Below, one piece after another: positions 11,754 through 26,026 of a stretch of 64,000 nucleotides of DNA. The notes below the pieces were generated by a model. The model worked only from the letters and a program-made list of their open reading frames with translations. It did not search any database and had not been told where the DNA came from. The first letter of the stretch is position 1, and the number at the start of each line of letters is the position of its first letter. The stretch is from the NCBI RefSeq assembly GCF_035594765.1, contig NW_026943820.1, positions 4,408,193 to 4,472,192 of the forward strand, written 5' to 3'. Source of the stretch: Anolis carolinensis. Taxonomy: Eukaryota. The position numbers and the translations under genes were made by a program.

Positions 11754-13335
11754 TGGGAAATCTATTACCAAGGAGGTCCTTGGGTGGTTTCGCTTTCCCC
11801 GACATCTCCGGCGGGTGCAGAAGGAAGGAACTGGATGATGCGCTTCCAAATAAATATGTTTGGTAAATGGTCCCTAGTCGCTCCCTTCTCTCTCTCCTAC
11901 AATAATGCTGGACAAATGGGAAGGCAATAGGGGAGACCTTGGGGTGCATCTATGTTGTAGAATTCATGCAGCTTGACCCCCAACACAGATATATACACAC
12001 TTATATAGATATTGAACTGCCATGATTCAATTAAAAAACCCTAAAAACTTGGCTCTTCCAAAAGGCCTTTGAGGATTAATCTTTGTAGGTTGATTCATCT
12101 GCCCACTCAACAATAGGATGCCTGGCCATAATTACTTGCACTTTATTGATTATTTTAGCCATGAAACTACCTCTCCCATGTGATGTCATTCTGCACTTTG
12201 GTCCAGATCTGTTTTTAGCCTCCCGTTTTTTAATATTTTATGCAGTATATTGATTTTTATGACTGTTTTACTGATGTTGATGTCTTATTGATGTGTAAAA
12301 TTGTTTTTACTGTTTTATTGCTGTTATTGTATTTTTATGTTGGGCACGGCCCCATGTAAGCCACTCCGAGTCCCTCCGGGGAGATGGGGCGGGGTATAAA
12401 AATAAAGTTATTATTATTATGATTATTATGGTTATTATGATTCAGTGCTATGGAATCCCGGGGTTTTTAGTTTCACACTTTGGGCAGGGGTGGCGAAAGT
12501 CCTTGCAAAACTATAGCTTCCATGATTCCATATCACAGACTCATTATTTATTTATTTACTACACTTATGCCCCGCCCTCTCTCACCCCGAAGGGGACTCA
12601 GAGCGGCTTACAAGTTATATTTACATACAATATATTATATCATTAGCATAGCACGATAATAGCATTATATATTACTATATTGCACTATGCCACTATACCG
12701 TAATATTATTAGTAATATTACATTTAATATATAATATATAATTATTATTATTACAGTATATTGTATTATTAGTACTTATATACTCGAGTATAAGCCTAGT
12801 TTTTAAGCCCTTTTTTAAGACTGAAAAAACTCCCCTCGGTTTATACTCGGGTGAGGGTCCTGGTTGGCTTATACTTGGGTCAGCTTATACTCAAGAATAA
12901 ATAGTACATTTATTATTTTCTCTATTATTATTTGTATTATCACATTTATTATTTTTCCCTATTATTGTTGCTACTATTACTGTATATACATGAGTATAAG
13001 CCTAGTTTTTCAGCCCTTTTTTAAGACTGAAAAAAAACCCCTCGGTTTATACTCGGGTGGGGGTCCTGGTTGGCTTATATTTGGGTCAGCGTATACTCGA
13101 GAATATATGGTACATTTATTATTTTTCTCTATTATTATTGGTATTATTACATTTATCATTTTTCTCTACTATTATTGGTATTATCACATTTATTATTTTT
13201 CTCTATTGTTGCTACTATTACATTTATTTTACTCTATTTTTTATTATTATTAATACATTTATTATTTCACTCTGATCTTATTATTATTACATTTATTATT
13301 TTGCTCAATTTATTATTACATGTATTATTTTCCTG

Positions 13336-13375
<40 letters not shown>

Positions 13376-14069
13376 ATGTATTATTTTACTCTATTATTAT
13401 TAAAAGGATACATAAGCATATTTACATTGAAGAAGGTGAGAATAATGATTTGATCAGAGTTGGACAGTCTTTATCTTAAAGCTTGATGTAAATGTTCAAA
13501 AACATTTAACCTACTGATGCCTCTTATTATTACTACATTTATTATTTTACTCTATTATTACATGTATTATTTTACTCTATTATTATTAAAAGGATACATA
13601 AGCACATTTACATTGAAGGTGAGAATAATGATTTAATCAGAGTTGGACAGTCTTATCTTAAAGCTTGATGTAAATATTCAAAAGCATTTAACCTACTGAT
13701 GCCTCAATTAATGTAATTTTCTTGGTATCTATTTTTATTTCTGAAATGTACCACCCACGGCTTATACTTGAGTCAATGTTTTCCCAGTTCTTTCTCCCAC
13801 AGATATATAAACCCCACTTGCCTAGTTTCCAACAGACCTCACAACCTCTCAGGATGCCTGCCATAGATGTGGGCGAAACGTCAGAAGGGAATGCTTCTGG
13901 GACGTGGCCATACAACCCGTAAAACTCACAGTGAGCCAGCAATTCCAGCCACGAAAGCCTCTGACAACACAAGTATTTATTTATTTATTTTTGTGTCTGG
14001 TGGGTTGGACTAGATGACCCTTTGGGGTCCCTTAGAACTAATTCTTTGTGATCCATTGAGATTTTAAGT

Positions 14070-14777
14070 CAGGGGTCCACAAACTAAGGCCCGGGGGCCG
14101 GATGCGGCCCTCCAAGGTGATTTACCTGGCCCCCGCCCTCATTTATAATATAATATTTTTATATCAGTTTTAATAATATAATATATTGTATATACATATA
14201 ATATTGATAATAATATTATCATTTTATACAATATAATACTAATAATAATACCATATAATATTAATTATATGTTATATATTACATATAAATATTACAGTAT
14301 AGTGGTATAGTTCAATATAGTAATATATAATGCTAATATTATGCTATGCTAATAATATAATATATTGTATGTACATACAGCTGCTCTGAATTCCCTTCGG
14401 GGTGAGAAGGGTGGGATATAAATGTAGTAAATAAATAAATAAATAATTTTGGACTTAGGCTTGCCCAGAGTCTGAAATAACTTGAAGACACACAACAACA
14501 ACAACAATCCTAATTAACCTGACTATCTCATTGGCCAGAAGAAGGCCCACACTTCCTATTGAAATCCTGATAGGTTTATGTTGGTTAAAATTATTTTCAT
14601 TTTAAAATATTGTATTGTTCTTTCATTGTTATTGTTGTTTTGCACTACAAATAAGATATGTGCAGTGTGCATAGGAATTTGTTTGGTTTTTTTTTTTTTT
14701 TCAAATGATAATTCGGCCCCTCCACAGTCTGAAGGATTGTGGACCGGCCCTCTGCTTTAAAAGTTTGAGGACCCCTG
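14070..14777. mobile_element. Non-autonomous hAT element, about 710 bp
   Basis: TIRs CAGGGGTCCACAAACT / AGTTTGAGGACCCCTG; perfect 8-bp TSD TTTTAAGT. Confidence 0.9.
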
Positions 14778-14918
14778 TTTTAAGTTTTAGGAAGAGAGTG
14801 TATGGCCTGTAACTGATAGAGAGGGTGTCATGCTCCTACTGACCAGCAGAGGTGCCAGTGAGTCATTTAGAAATCCCTAAAAAGAGGAGGAGGAAGAGGA
14901 AGAAGAAGGAAGGCTGCA

Positions 14919-15008
14919 ATGGCCGAAGCCACAGATCCAGAAGCCGAGACACTGCGGCTGAAGCAGCTCCGTGGAGACGGGTTCTTCACCGTTCCTCCTG
15001 CGCATAGG
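14919..15008 (+). CDS. CDK10: CDK10 coding exon 1
   Basis: MAEATDPEAETLRLKQLRGDGFFTVPPAHR|gtgagt; matches CDK10 GFFTVPPEHR. Confidence 0.95.
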
Positions 15009-15039
15009 GTGAGTGCAAGGGCTAAAGGAGAACTACAAG

Positions 15040-16000
15040 TCTGGGGAGGGAAATATGCATCTGTTGTTGTGTTAGGGTTTTATTTGTTTTTGTTTTGCTT
15101 TGCATTTTCCCCCTCCAAAATGCATACATTTCTTCCAGACAGGAAACAATCAGGGCCAGCTAACACCTCCCAACAAAGGATTCCCCCAGGCAGGAAGCAG
15201 CCAGGGAGGGAAATATGAACCGGTTGTTGTGCTAGGATTTTAATATATATATTTAGGATATATCGTCGTTTTCGACTCTAGTTGCTAGGATTTTAATTAC
15301 ATTTTTGTTTTGGATTTTTTTCCCTCCGAAATGCATGCACAAATAGATACGACTCTTCCAGACCAGGAACTATCGGGGCCAGCTAACACCTCCCAACAAA
15401 GGATTCCCCCAGGCAGGAAGCAGCCAGGGAGGGAAATATGAACCGGTTGTTGTGCTAGGATTTTAATTATGTTTTTGTTTTGCATTTTCTCCCCTCCGAA
15501 ATGCATGCACAAATAGATACGACTCTTCCAGACCGGGAACAATCGGGGCCAGCTAACACCTCCCAACGAAAGATTCCCCCAGGCAGGAAGCAGCGAGGGA
15601 GGGAAATATGCATCTGTTGTTGTGTTAGGATTTTAATTATGCTTTTGTTTTGTATTTTCTCCCCTCCAAAATGCATGCACAAATAGATACATCTCTTCCA
15701 GACCGGAAACAATCGGGGCCAGCTAACACCTCCCAACAAAGGAGTCCCCCATGCAGGAAGCAGCCAGGGAGGGAAATGTGCATCGGTTGTTGTGCAAGGA
15801 TTTTAATTATGTTTTTGTTTTGCATTTCCCCCCTCCGAAATGCATGCACAAATAGATATGACTCTTCCAGATGAAACAATAGGAGCCAGCTAACACCTCC
15901 TAACAAAGGATTCCCCCAGGCAGGAAGCAGCCAGGGAGGGAAATAGGAACCGGTTGTTGTGCTAGGATTTTAATTATGTTTTTGTTTTGCATTTTGCAGT
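15040..16000. repeat. About 170-bp tandem array built on a Penelope-like fragment (CDK10 intron 1)
   Basis: gggccagctaacacctcccaacaaaggattcccccaggcaggaagcagccagg repeated 5 times; reverse complement of 4170-4240. Confidence 0.88.
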
Positions 16001-16080
16001 CATCATCCCCTAAAAAAGAGATACATCCCTAAGATACACCCTTGATCGCTTATATATCTGTATTGTTGTTGTTGTTTCAG

Positions 16081-16153
16081 CTAGGAAGATGCCGGAGCGT
16101 GAAGGAGTTTGAGAAACTCAACCGGATCGGAGAAGGGACTTACGGCATTGTGT
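16081..16153 (+). CDS. CDK10: CDK10 exon 2
   Basis: LGRCRSVKEFEKLNRIGEGTYGIV (Gly-rich loop); 73 nt; AG/GT. Confidence 0.98.
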
Positions 16154-16236
16154 GTGAGTGGCGCAAAATGGGGCGCAAGGAGAACGATAGGGGACCCCTA
16201 AGATCATCTAGTCCAGGCATGGGCAAAGATCTAGAC

Positions 16237-16947
16237 CAGGGGTCCACAAACTAAGGCCCGGGAGCCGGATGCAGCCGTCCAAGGTCATTTACCTGGCCCC
16301 CGCCCTCATTTATAATACAATATTTTGATATCAGTTTTAATAATATAATGTATATACATATGATATTGATAATAATATTATCATTTTATATAATATAATA
16401 CTAATAATAATACCATATAATAATATTAATTATATGTTATATATTATATATAATGTTACAGTATAGTGGTATAGTTCAATATAGTAATATATAATACTAA
16501 TATTGCGCTATGCTAATAATATAATATATTGTATGTACATACAGCTGCTCTGAGTTCCCTTCGGGGTGAGAAGGATGGGATATAAATGTAGTAAATAAAT
16601 GTAGTAAATGAATAAATAAATAATTTTGGACTTAGGCTCGCCCAAAGTCTGAAATGACTTGAAGATACACAACAACAACAACCCTAATTAACTTGACTAT
16701 CTCATTGGCCAGAAGGAGGCCCACACTTCCCATTGAAATCCTGATAGGTTTGTGTTGGTTAAAATTATTTTCATTTTTAAATATTGTATTGTTCTTTCAT
16801 TGTTACTGTTGTTGTTTTGCACTACAAATAAGATATGTGCAGTGTGCATAGGAATTTGTTCATATTTTTTTCAAATGAGAATTCGGCTCCTCAACAGTCT
16901 GAAGGATTGTGGACCGGCCCTTTGCTTCAAAGGTTTGAGGACCCCTG
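16237..16947. mobile_element. Second copy of the 710-bp hAT element, same orientation
   Basis: Same TIRs and internal sequence as 14070-14777; degenerate TSD atctagac/gtctaaag. Confidence 0.85.
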
Positions 16948-17081
16948 GTCTAAAGGTTAGAGCCAGGTCTGGGTATATGATCTTGGGGTGTTAGTGTGTT
17001 TTAGGGACCCCTGGTGTAGACGCACCCTTGGAAGTCGATTGACCAAAAAGAAGATTATTTTTAATTCTACTCTGTTTTCAG

Positions 17082-17153
17082 ACCGTGCCCGGGACACCCG
17101 GACGGACGAGATCGTGGCCCTGAAGAAGGTGCGGATGGATAAAGAGAAAGACG
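17082..17153 (+). CDS. CDK10: CDK10 exon 3
   Basis: RARDTRTDEIVALKKVRMDKEKD (VALK lysine); 72 nt. Confidence 0.98.
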
Positions 17154-17901
17154 GTGAGCGGACGAGGGTCTGTCCTGAGATGAGTCGATGTGGCCACCTT
17201 TTTTTGGTGCAGGTTCCCAAAGTTGGCTTCCATATGTCCCTGCCTGCAGTGGAGTACCCCTATGTCCCTCTCACCCCAGGTTTTATCTTTGTGTTCACGT
17301 GGCCTGCCCTTGTTTTACTGTTTTTTTGATTTCTTGATGTTGATGCATTTATTGTATTTTTAATGGTGCTATGTTATGTTGTTTTATATTTTGTTATATT
17401 GTATTGCTCTGGGCATGGCCCCATGTTAGCCGCCCCGAGTCCCCGTTGGGGAGATGGTGGCGGGGTATAAATAAAGTTTTATTATTACAGTAGAGTCTCA
17501 CTTATCCAACACTTGCTTATCCAACATTCTGGATTATCCAACGCATTTTTGGAGTCAATGTTTTCAATATATCGTGATATTTTGGTGCTAAATTCATAAA
17601 TACAGTAATTACTACATAGCATTACTGCGTATTGAACTATTTTTTCTGCCAAATTTGTTGTCTAACATGATGTTTTGGTGCTTCATTTGTAAAATCATAA
17701 CCTAATTTGATGTTTAATAGGCTTTTCCTTAATGCCTCCTTATTATCCAACATATTTGCTTATCCAACATTCTGCCAGCCTGTTTATGTTGGATAAGTGA
17801 GACTCTACTGTATTATTATTATTATCCTTGAGAGGAATCCAACCCAGCTCACCCTGGATCGCTAAACCCATTGACGGGGGGCTGTTTTTGTGCCCCGACA
17901 G

Positions 17902-18004
17902 GGATCCCCATCAGCAGCCTGAGGGAGATCACGTTGCTCTTGAAACTGCAGCATCCCAACGTCGTGGAGATGAAGGAGGTGGTGGTGGGGAACCACCTGG
18001 AGAG
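17902..18004 (+). CDS. CDK10: CDK10 exon 4
   Basis: [34 protein letters not shown]; PISSLRE signature; 103 nt. Confidence 0.99.
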
Positions 18005-18199
18005 GTATGAATGGGATCCCCACCCTCCAAAATCCCCTTGTATTTGCAATGACGGTGCCCTCACTTATCACCAGACCTGGCCATGCTTGCAGTTGCATAT
18101 CCAGTTGTGCAAAGGGTATGAAGCTGTCTGCATTAAAAGAAGCATGGAAGGAAAAAATGGAAACGGGACAGGACTAGGCATTGGGGTGTATTGATGTTA

Positions 18200-19462
<1,263 letters not shown>

Positions 19463-19609
19463 TGACTGGCTGGTTGAGGACGCAAGCGGCAGAGTTTTGT
19501 GGGGAAGGAGTTGCCAAGCTCATTCATCGCTTCCCTTGGCTTTGCAAGGAGGAAGAAAGGAAGAGCTCATTCACGCTGCAAGTGTCTCCTGCTTAGGGTG
19601 CATCTACAG

Positions 19610-19751
19610 CAGGCATGGGCAAACTTCGTCCCTCCCTCCAGGTGTTTTGGACTTCAACTCCCACAATTCCTAACAGCCGGTAGGCTGTTAGGAATTGTGG
19701 GAGTTGAAGTCCAAAACACCTGGAGGGAGGGACGAAGTTTGCCCATGCCTG
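19610..19751. mobile_element. Palindromic hAT MITE
   Basis: TIR CAGGCATGGGCAAACT; near-perfect fold-back; related copies at 28497-28690, 37760-37883, 52520-53063 and partial copies at 11325-11393, 31804-31875, 34978-35025. Confidence 0.8.
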
Positions 19752-19845
19752 TTGTAGATGCACCCTGGGTTGATAAGCTGGGGACCCAAGCACCGGAAAT
19801 TGCCAAAAAGCGGCACCTGTTATGAATATAAGAAACATAAATATA

Positions 19846-20176
19846 CTGTATATACTCAAGTATAAGCCTAGTTTTTCAGCCCTTTTTTTAAGACTGAAAA
19901 AGCCCCCCTCGGCTTATACTCGGGTGAGGATCCTGGTTGACTTATATTTGGGTCAGCTTATACTCGAGAATATATGGTACATTTATTATTTTTCTCTATT
20001 ATTATTGGAATTATTATATTTATTATTTTTCTCTACCGCTATTATTGTTGCTACTATTACATTTATTTTACTCTATTTGTATTATTATTAATAATACATT
20101 TTTATTTTAACTCTGATCTTATTATTATTGCATTTATTATTTTACTCTATTTATTATTACTTGTATTATTTTCCTG

Positions 20177-20219
<43 letters not shown>

Positions 20220-20518
20220 ATGTATTATTTTACTCTATTATTATTAAAAGGATACATAAGCACATTTACATTGAAGAAGATGAGAATAATGATTTGATCA
20301 GAGTTGGACAGTCTTATCTTAAATTTGAGCTTTATGTAAATATCCAAAAACATTTAACCTACTGATGCTTCAATTAATGTAATTTTATTGGTATTTGTTT
20401 TTATTTCTGAAATTTATCACCCTCGGCTTATACTGGAGTCAATGTTTTCCCAGTTTTTTGTGGTAAAATTAGGTGCCTCGGCTTATATTCGGGTCGGCTT
20501 ATACTCGAATATATATGT
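19846..20518. mobile_element. Tc1/pogo-type MITE with AT-rich interior
   Basis: TIR-like CTGTATATACTCAAGTATAAGCC ... GGCTTATACTCGAATATATATG with TA flanks; related rearranged copy at about 12778-13790. Confidence 0.7.
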
Positions 20519-20539
20519 TAAGTATTATAGTCACAAATA

Positions 20540-21066
20540 CGAGCGTTATCCAGAAAGTAGATTATGTTTTGGAATTAAAAATGAACAAAGTATAGGAGAA
20601 AACATTTACCATATGCAGGTGAAAGCCACACCCAAATACCACTTCTCAACATAGTCGCCATTTAAATCTGGGCACTTATCATAGCGATGAATGAGCTTGG
20701 CAACTCCTTCCCCACAAAACTCTGCCGCTTGCGTCCTCAACGCAGCATTTTGGCGACGATGCGCAGCTGCGGAAAGGGGAGACCGGCTGGTTGAGAACGC
20801 AAGCGGCAGAGTTTTGTGGGGAAGGAGTTGCCAAGCTCATTCATCGCTATGATAAGTGCCTAGATTTGAATGGCGACTATTTTGGCAGGCAACTCCCCAC
20901 AAAACTGTGCCGCTGGCGTCCTCAATGCAGCATCTTGGTGATGATGCGCCGCTGCAGGAAAGGGAGACCGGCTGGTTGAGGACGCAAGTGGCAGAGTTTT
21001 GTGGGGAAGGAGTTGCCAAGCTCATTCATTGCTATGATAAGTGCCTAGATTTGAATGGCGACTATA
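20540..21066. mobile_element. Mariner-derived MITE, rearranged
   Basis: Left TIR CGAGCGTTATCCAGAAAGTAGATT; encodes mariner C-terminal remnant EGVAKLIHRYDKCLDLNGDY. Confidence 0.75.
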
Positions 21067-21354
21067 AGAGATGCACCACAAAGGACTTTGATACACAGGC
21101 TGAACAAAAAAAGATGGTGCTGTGGTGATAGAAAAGGCAGCACATTGTTGTGGAAGCATGCACCCAGAGAGGCCCACAAACATTTCAGATATTTTTAGCA
21201 GTGTGGGTAATTGAAATTGTGGATACTGAGTCCACAGATAAGGGGGTCATGCTCAGCCTGGGGCTCAAACTCCTAGAAGAAAAGAATCCATCCAATGTTG
21301 GCAATAAAATGCAAAAGAAATGTCTTCCTTGGCGTGACACGTCCCTCTTTGCAG

Positions 21355-21742
<388 letters not shown>

Positions 21743-23162
21743 TGAGCCCCTTTCGAGGGTCCTTGGACCAATTATATCCACATTTATTTATTATTATTAT
21801 TATTTATTAGCGACATTTATATCCCGCCCTTCTCACCCCAAAGGGGACTCGGGGTGGCTTACAAGTTATATATACATACAATATATTATATTATTAGTAT
21901 AACATTATATAAGCATTATATATTACTATATTGTACTATACCGCTATCTTGCAATATTATTAGTAATATTACATGTAGTATAAATATACAATTATAATAG
22001 TGTATTATTATTATATTGTATTGCATTATAATATTATTATCAATATTATATGTACATATAATATATTACATTATTAGTGTAGCATAATATGAGTATTATG
22101 TGTTTTAACTGTTTTATAATTTGAAATGTTAAATTTATTATTTGTATATATAATGCGGCATTGAATTTTGCCATAGTTTGTAAGCCACTCTGAGTACCCT
22201 TCGGGGTGAGAAGAGCGAGGTATAAATATAGCAAATAAATAAATAAATAATATATTATTATATTGTTATGTTAACACTGGAGACATGGTGGAATGATGTC
22301 TTCCTGCCCCCCTTATTATTTATTTATTAGCAACATTTATATCCCTCCCTTCTCACCCCGAAGGGTATCAGGGCAGCTTACAAGTTGTATATACATACAA
22401 TATATTATATTAGTATAGCACAATATAAGCATTATATATTACTATATTGTACTATACCACTATATTGCAATATTATTAGTAATATTACATGTAGTATAAA
22501 TATACAATTATAATAGTGTATTATTATATTGTGTTATATTATATTATTATTATCAATATTATATGTATATACAATATATAATATTTTTAGTATAGCACAA
22601 TATAAGCATTATATATTACTATATTGTACTATACCACTATATTGCAATATTATTAGTAATATTACATGTAATACAAATATACAATTATAATGGTGTATTA
22701 TTATTATATTGTATTACATTATATTATTATTATCAATATTATATGTATATACAATATATTATATTATTAGTATAGCATAATATGAGTATTGTGTATTATT
22801 GTTATATTGACACAGGAGACATGGTGGAATGATGTCTTCCTGACTCACTTTGGTGAGTCCCTTTTGAGAATCCTTGGACCTATTATATTTACATTTGTTA
22901 TTATCCCCAAGCCTCCACATGGGCTGCACATACAAAATGTCCATTCTCCTCCGCCTTCCCTCTCAAAATGATGCTGGGTTGCCATTTGGAGAAGTGGAAA
23001 CAGACAGGACATACTTCTAGTGAAGGATTCTTCCATGTGTTTTCATACTTTCTGTTGATAGGATCGCTTTGGGTTTGGATATAAGTCCACAATGACTTGA
23101 AGACACACAACAACAAAAAAGATGACGATGATGATGATGATAATAATAATAATAATAATAAT

Positions 23163-23715
23163 AACCTGTCATAAGATATAGTGCTGGCATTATAAATTGG
23201 ATACAGGCGGAACTGGACAATTTGGACAGAAAAACAAGAAAACTCATGACCATTCATCATTCACTGCACCCTCACAGTGATGTTGACTGGTTATATCTGC
23301 CTAGAAGATCAGGGGGCAGAGGACTCTTACAAGTCAAACAAGCAGTCAAAGAAGAAGAACATGCCCTGGCAGAATATGGAAAGCAAAGTGAAGAACCTGC
23401 TTTGATTGAAGTCAAAAATCAGAAACTCCTCAAAGCACAGCAGACAAAAAACCAGTACAAGAAAACCGCACTACAAACTAGAGCTGACAGCTGGCACAAC
23501 AAAACATTGCATGGAAAGTTCCTTGACAAAATTGAAGGAAAAGCTGATAAGGAGAAGACCTGGCTCTGGCTCACGAATGGGACCCTGAAGAAGGAGACAG
23601 AAGGCCTGATCCTTGCAGCCCAGGAGCAAGACATCAGGACAAAGGCAATTCAGGCCAAGATCGAAAAATCAGCTAGAAAAATCTATCTTGTTTGCTGTGT
23701 CATAATAAAATAATA
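23163..23715 (+). mobile_element. R4/Dong-clade non-LTR retrotransposon fragment
   Basis: ORF 23222-23713 has LHPHSDVDWLYLPRRSGGRGL...LHGKF...ETEGLILAAQEQ; element 3' end tgctgtgtcataataaaataataa; embedded in (TAA)/(TGA)n. Confidence 0.8.
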
Positions 23716-23760
<45 letters not shown>

Positions 23761-23786
23761 CACTGCTTCTCTGTCTTCTCTTTCAG

Positions 23787-23846
23787 GTACAGAGCCCCTG
23801 AACTCCTCCTTGGGACAACAACACAAACCACCGCCATAGATATGTG
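23787..23846 (+). CDS. CDK10: CDK10 exon 9
   Basis: [20 protein letters not shown]; 60 nt. Confidence 0.98.
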
Positions 23847-24291
23847 GTAAGGAAAAAATTTCCACCAATTTTTTTAGTGTTAATAGTTGGAAAAGGTGGT
23901 GGCCAATGCAGATCCCTCCTTGGCAAGGCTCTGAAGGGAGACCTCGATAATTTAAAGCCTGGGTGAGGATAGAAGGAAGAAGGTCCTGGGAATCAAATAG
24001 TTCCTAAATAGAAAACACTGAGGAAGTCAGGACTTGGCATTTCAGTTGCAGCTGCCAAGGAGGACCTAGAGATTCTAAAAGGGAGCATATTAATCATATC
24101 TGTAAATAACAATCTACAAATGTTATGTACATCTATGTACGTGTATGTGCCATGATTGGGAAGGATAAATGCCAATGCAATTGTTGTGTGTATAGAGAAG
24201 GATTTTGGCCAGTGTCTGGGGCCAGTGAATGGGTTGCAATTCTTACCGTTGGGTCTTTCTGGACATTGACGCTTGCATTTGATCCCTTCAG

Positions 24292-24415
24292 GGCGGTGGG
24301 CTGCATTCTGGCCGAGCTTCTGGCCCACAAGCCCCTTCTCCCCGGCAGCTCCGAGATCCAGCAGATCGACATGATCGTCCAGCTCCTGGGCACCCCCAAC
24401 GAGACCATTTGGCCT
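24292..24415 (+). CDS. CDK10: CDK10 exon 10
   Basis: [41 protein letters not shown]; 124 nt. Confidence 0.98.
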
Positions 24416-24944
24416 GTGAGTTACTTGCGTTGACCTCATTGGTTGCCCTCCTCTGCAATTCCTCTATTTTTCTTTTGAGGTCCAACAAGCAGCAGAGAAA
24501 GGCTTGTTGTAGTGTGATGATCAATGGGGGAAAAGATGGGGACCAATATCTTATGTCAGTCCCAGGATGATGGCACCAGTAATGTTGCATCGTTTCCAAC
24601 TGTTTTTCCGGCATTTCTGGTTGTTTAAATAGTAAGAGGATAGATAACTAGTTTATGCACTTTATTAAAGCTTTGGATGTTGTGTTTTATATGCCCGACC
24701 CCTTTTATCTCCAGTGGCTGATGCTGTATTGTTACTCACTTGTTCTGATTGTATGTGTTTTATTGTATTTTTAAAATGTTTAAATTGTCTATTTTATTTG
24801 ATTTATATTATTACTGTTTTTGTTTTGATATTCGTTGTAATTGCTTTATACTGTTTTGTTTTGGCCATCGCCCCATGTTAGCCACCCGGAGTCCTTTCGG
24901 GGAGATGGTGGTGGGATAGAAAAATAAAGTATTATTATTATTTT

Positions 24945-25039
24945 ATTGTATGACACAGCAAACAAGATAGATATGCTGGATATCATATGACAAAATCACA
25001 AGTCGAACACTTCCCAAGTGTCTAGGACTGTGTGATGTA

Positions 25040-25097
<58 letters not shown>

Positions 25098-25964
25098 GTT
25101 GTTGTATGACACAGCAAACAAGATAGATATGCTGGATTTCGTTTCACAAAATCACAAGTCGAACACTTCCCAAGTGTCTAGGACTGTGTGATGTATTTTC
25201 GGATGATGCGCACAGATCCCAGGAGGGTGGCCTTTTGCTGTTGGCAGATCGTAATTTTGTCCATGTCTATTGTTTCCAAATGCCGGCTGAGATCTTTTGG
25301 CACCGCACCCAGTGTGCCCATCACCACCGGGACCACCTGCACTGGTTTCTGCCAGAGTCTTTGCAGTTCGATCTTGAGGTCCTGATAGCGGCTGAGTTTT
25401 TCCTGTTGTTTTTTGTCAATGCGACTGTCACCTGGGATGGCAACATCAATGATCCAAACCTTTTTCTTTTCCACAACTGTGATGTCTGGTGTGTTGTGTT
25501 CCAGAACTTTGTCAGTCTGGATTCGGAAGTCCCACAGTATCTTTGTGTGTTCATTTTCCAAGACTTTTGCAGGTTTGTGATCCCACCAGTTCTTTACTGC
25601 TGGGAGGTGGTACTTGAGGCATAAGTTCCAATGAATCATTTGGGCCACATAGTTGTGTCTCTGTTTGTAGTCTGTCTGTGTGATTTTCTTACAGCAGCTG
25701 AGGATATGATCAATGGTTTTGTTGATTTCCTTGCACAGTCTGCATTTTGGGTCATCAGCTGATTTTTCGATCTGGGCCTTAATTGCATTTGTTCTGATGG
25801 CTTGCTCCATCATCATTATTATTATTATTATTATTATTATTGTGGTATTATGACACAGCAAACAAGATAAATATGCTGGATTTCGTATCACAAAATCACA
25901 AGTCAAACACTTCCCAAGTGTCTAGGACTGTGTGACGTATTTTCGGATGATGCGCGCAGATCCC

Positions 25965-25965
<1 letters not shown>
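24945..25965 (-). mobile_element. R4/Dong-clade retrotransposon 3' region (CCHC plus restriction-like endonuclease) with extra tandem 3' ends
   Basis: CRLCKE...TIDHILSCC zinc knuckle, RHN, PDITVV...IIDVAIP, EKLSRY (PD-(D/E)xK-type RLE); flanked by (TAA)n. Confidence 0.88.

Positions 25966-26026
<61 letters not shown>

Noticed and set aside
14839-14860. CTCF-like site GACCAGCAGAGGTGCCAG upstream of CDK10
   Set aside because: Mismatches at core positions of CCASYAGRKGGCRS; cannot be supported without a matrix scan or ChIP
25178-25906. 242-aa zinc-knuckle/nuclease ORF as a host gene or domesticated nuclease
   Set aside because: 5'-truncated retrotransposon 3' end; starts in (ATT)n, has a near-identical copy at 46883 and carries the element 3'UTR
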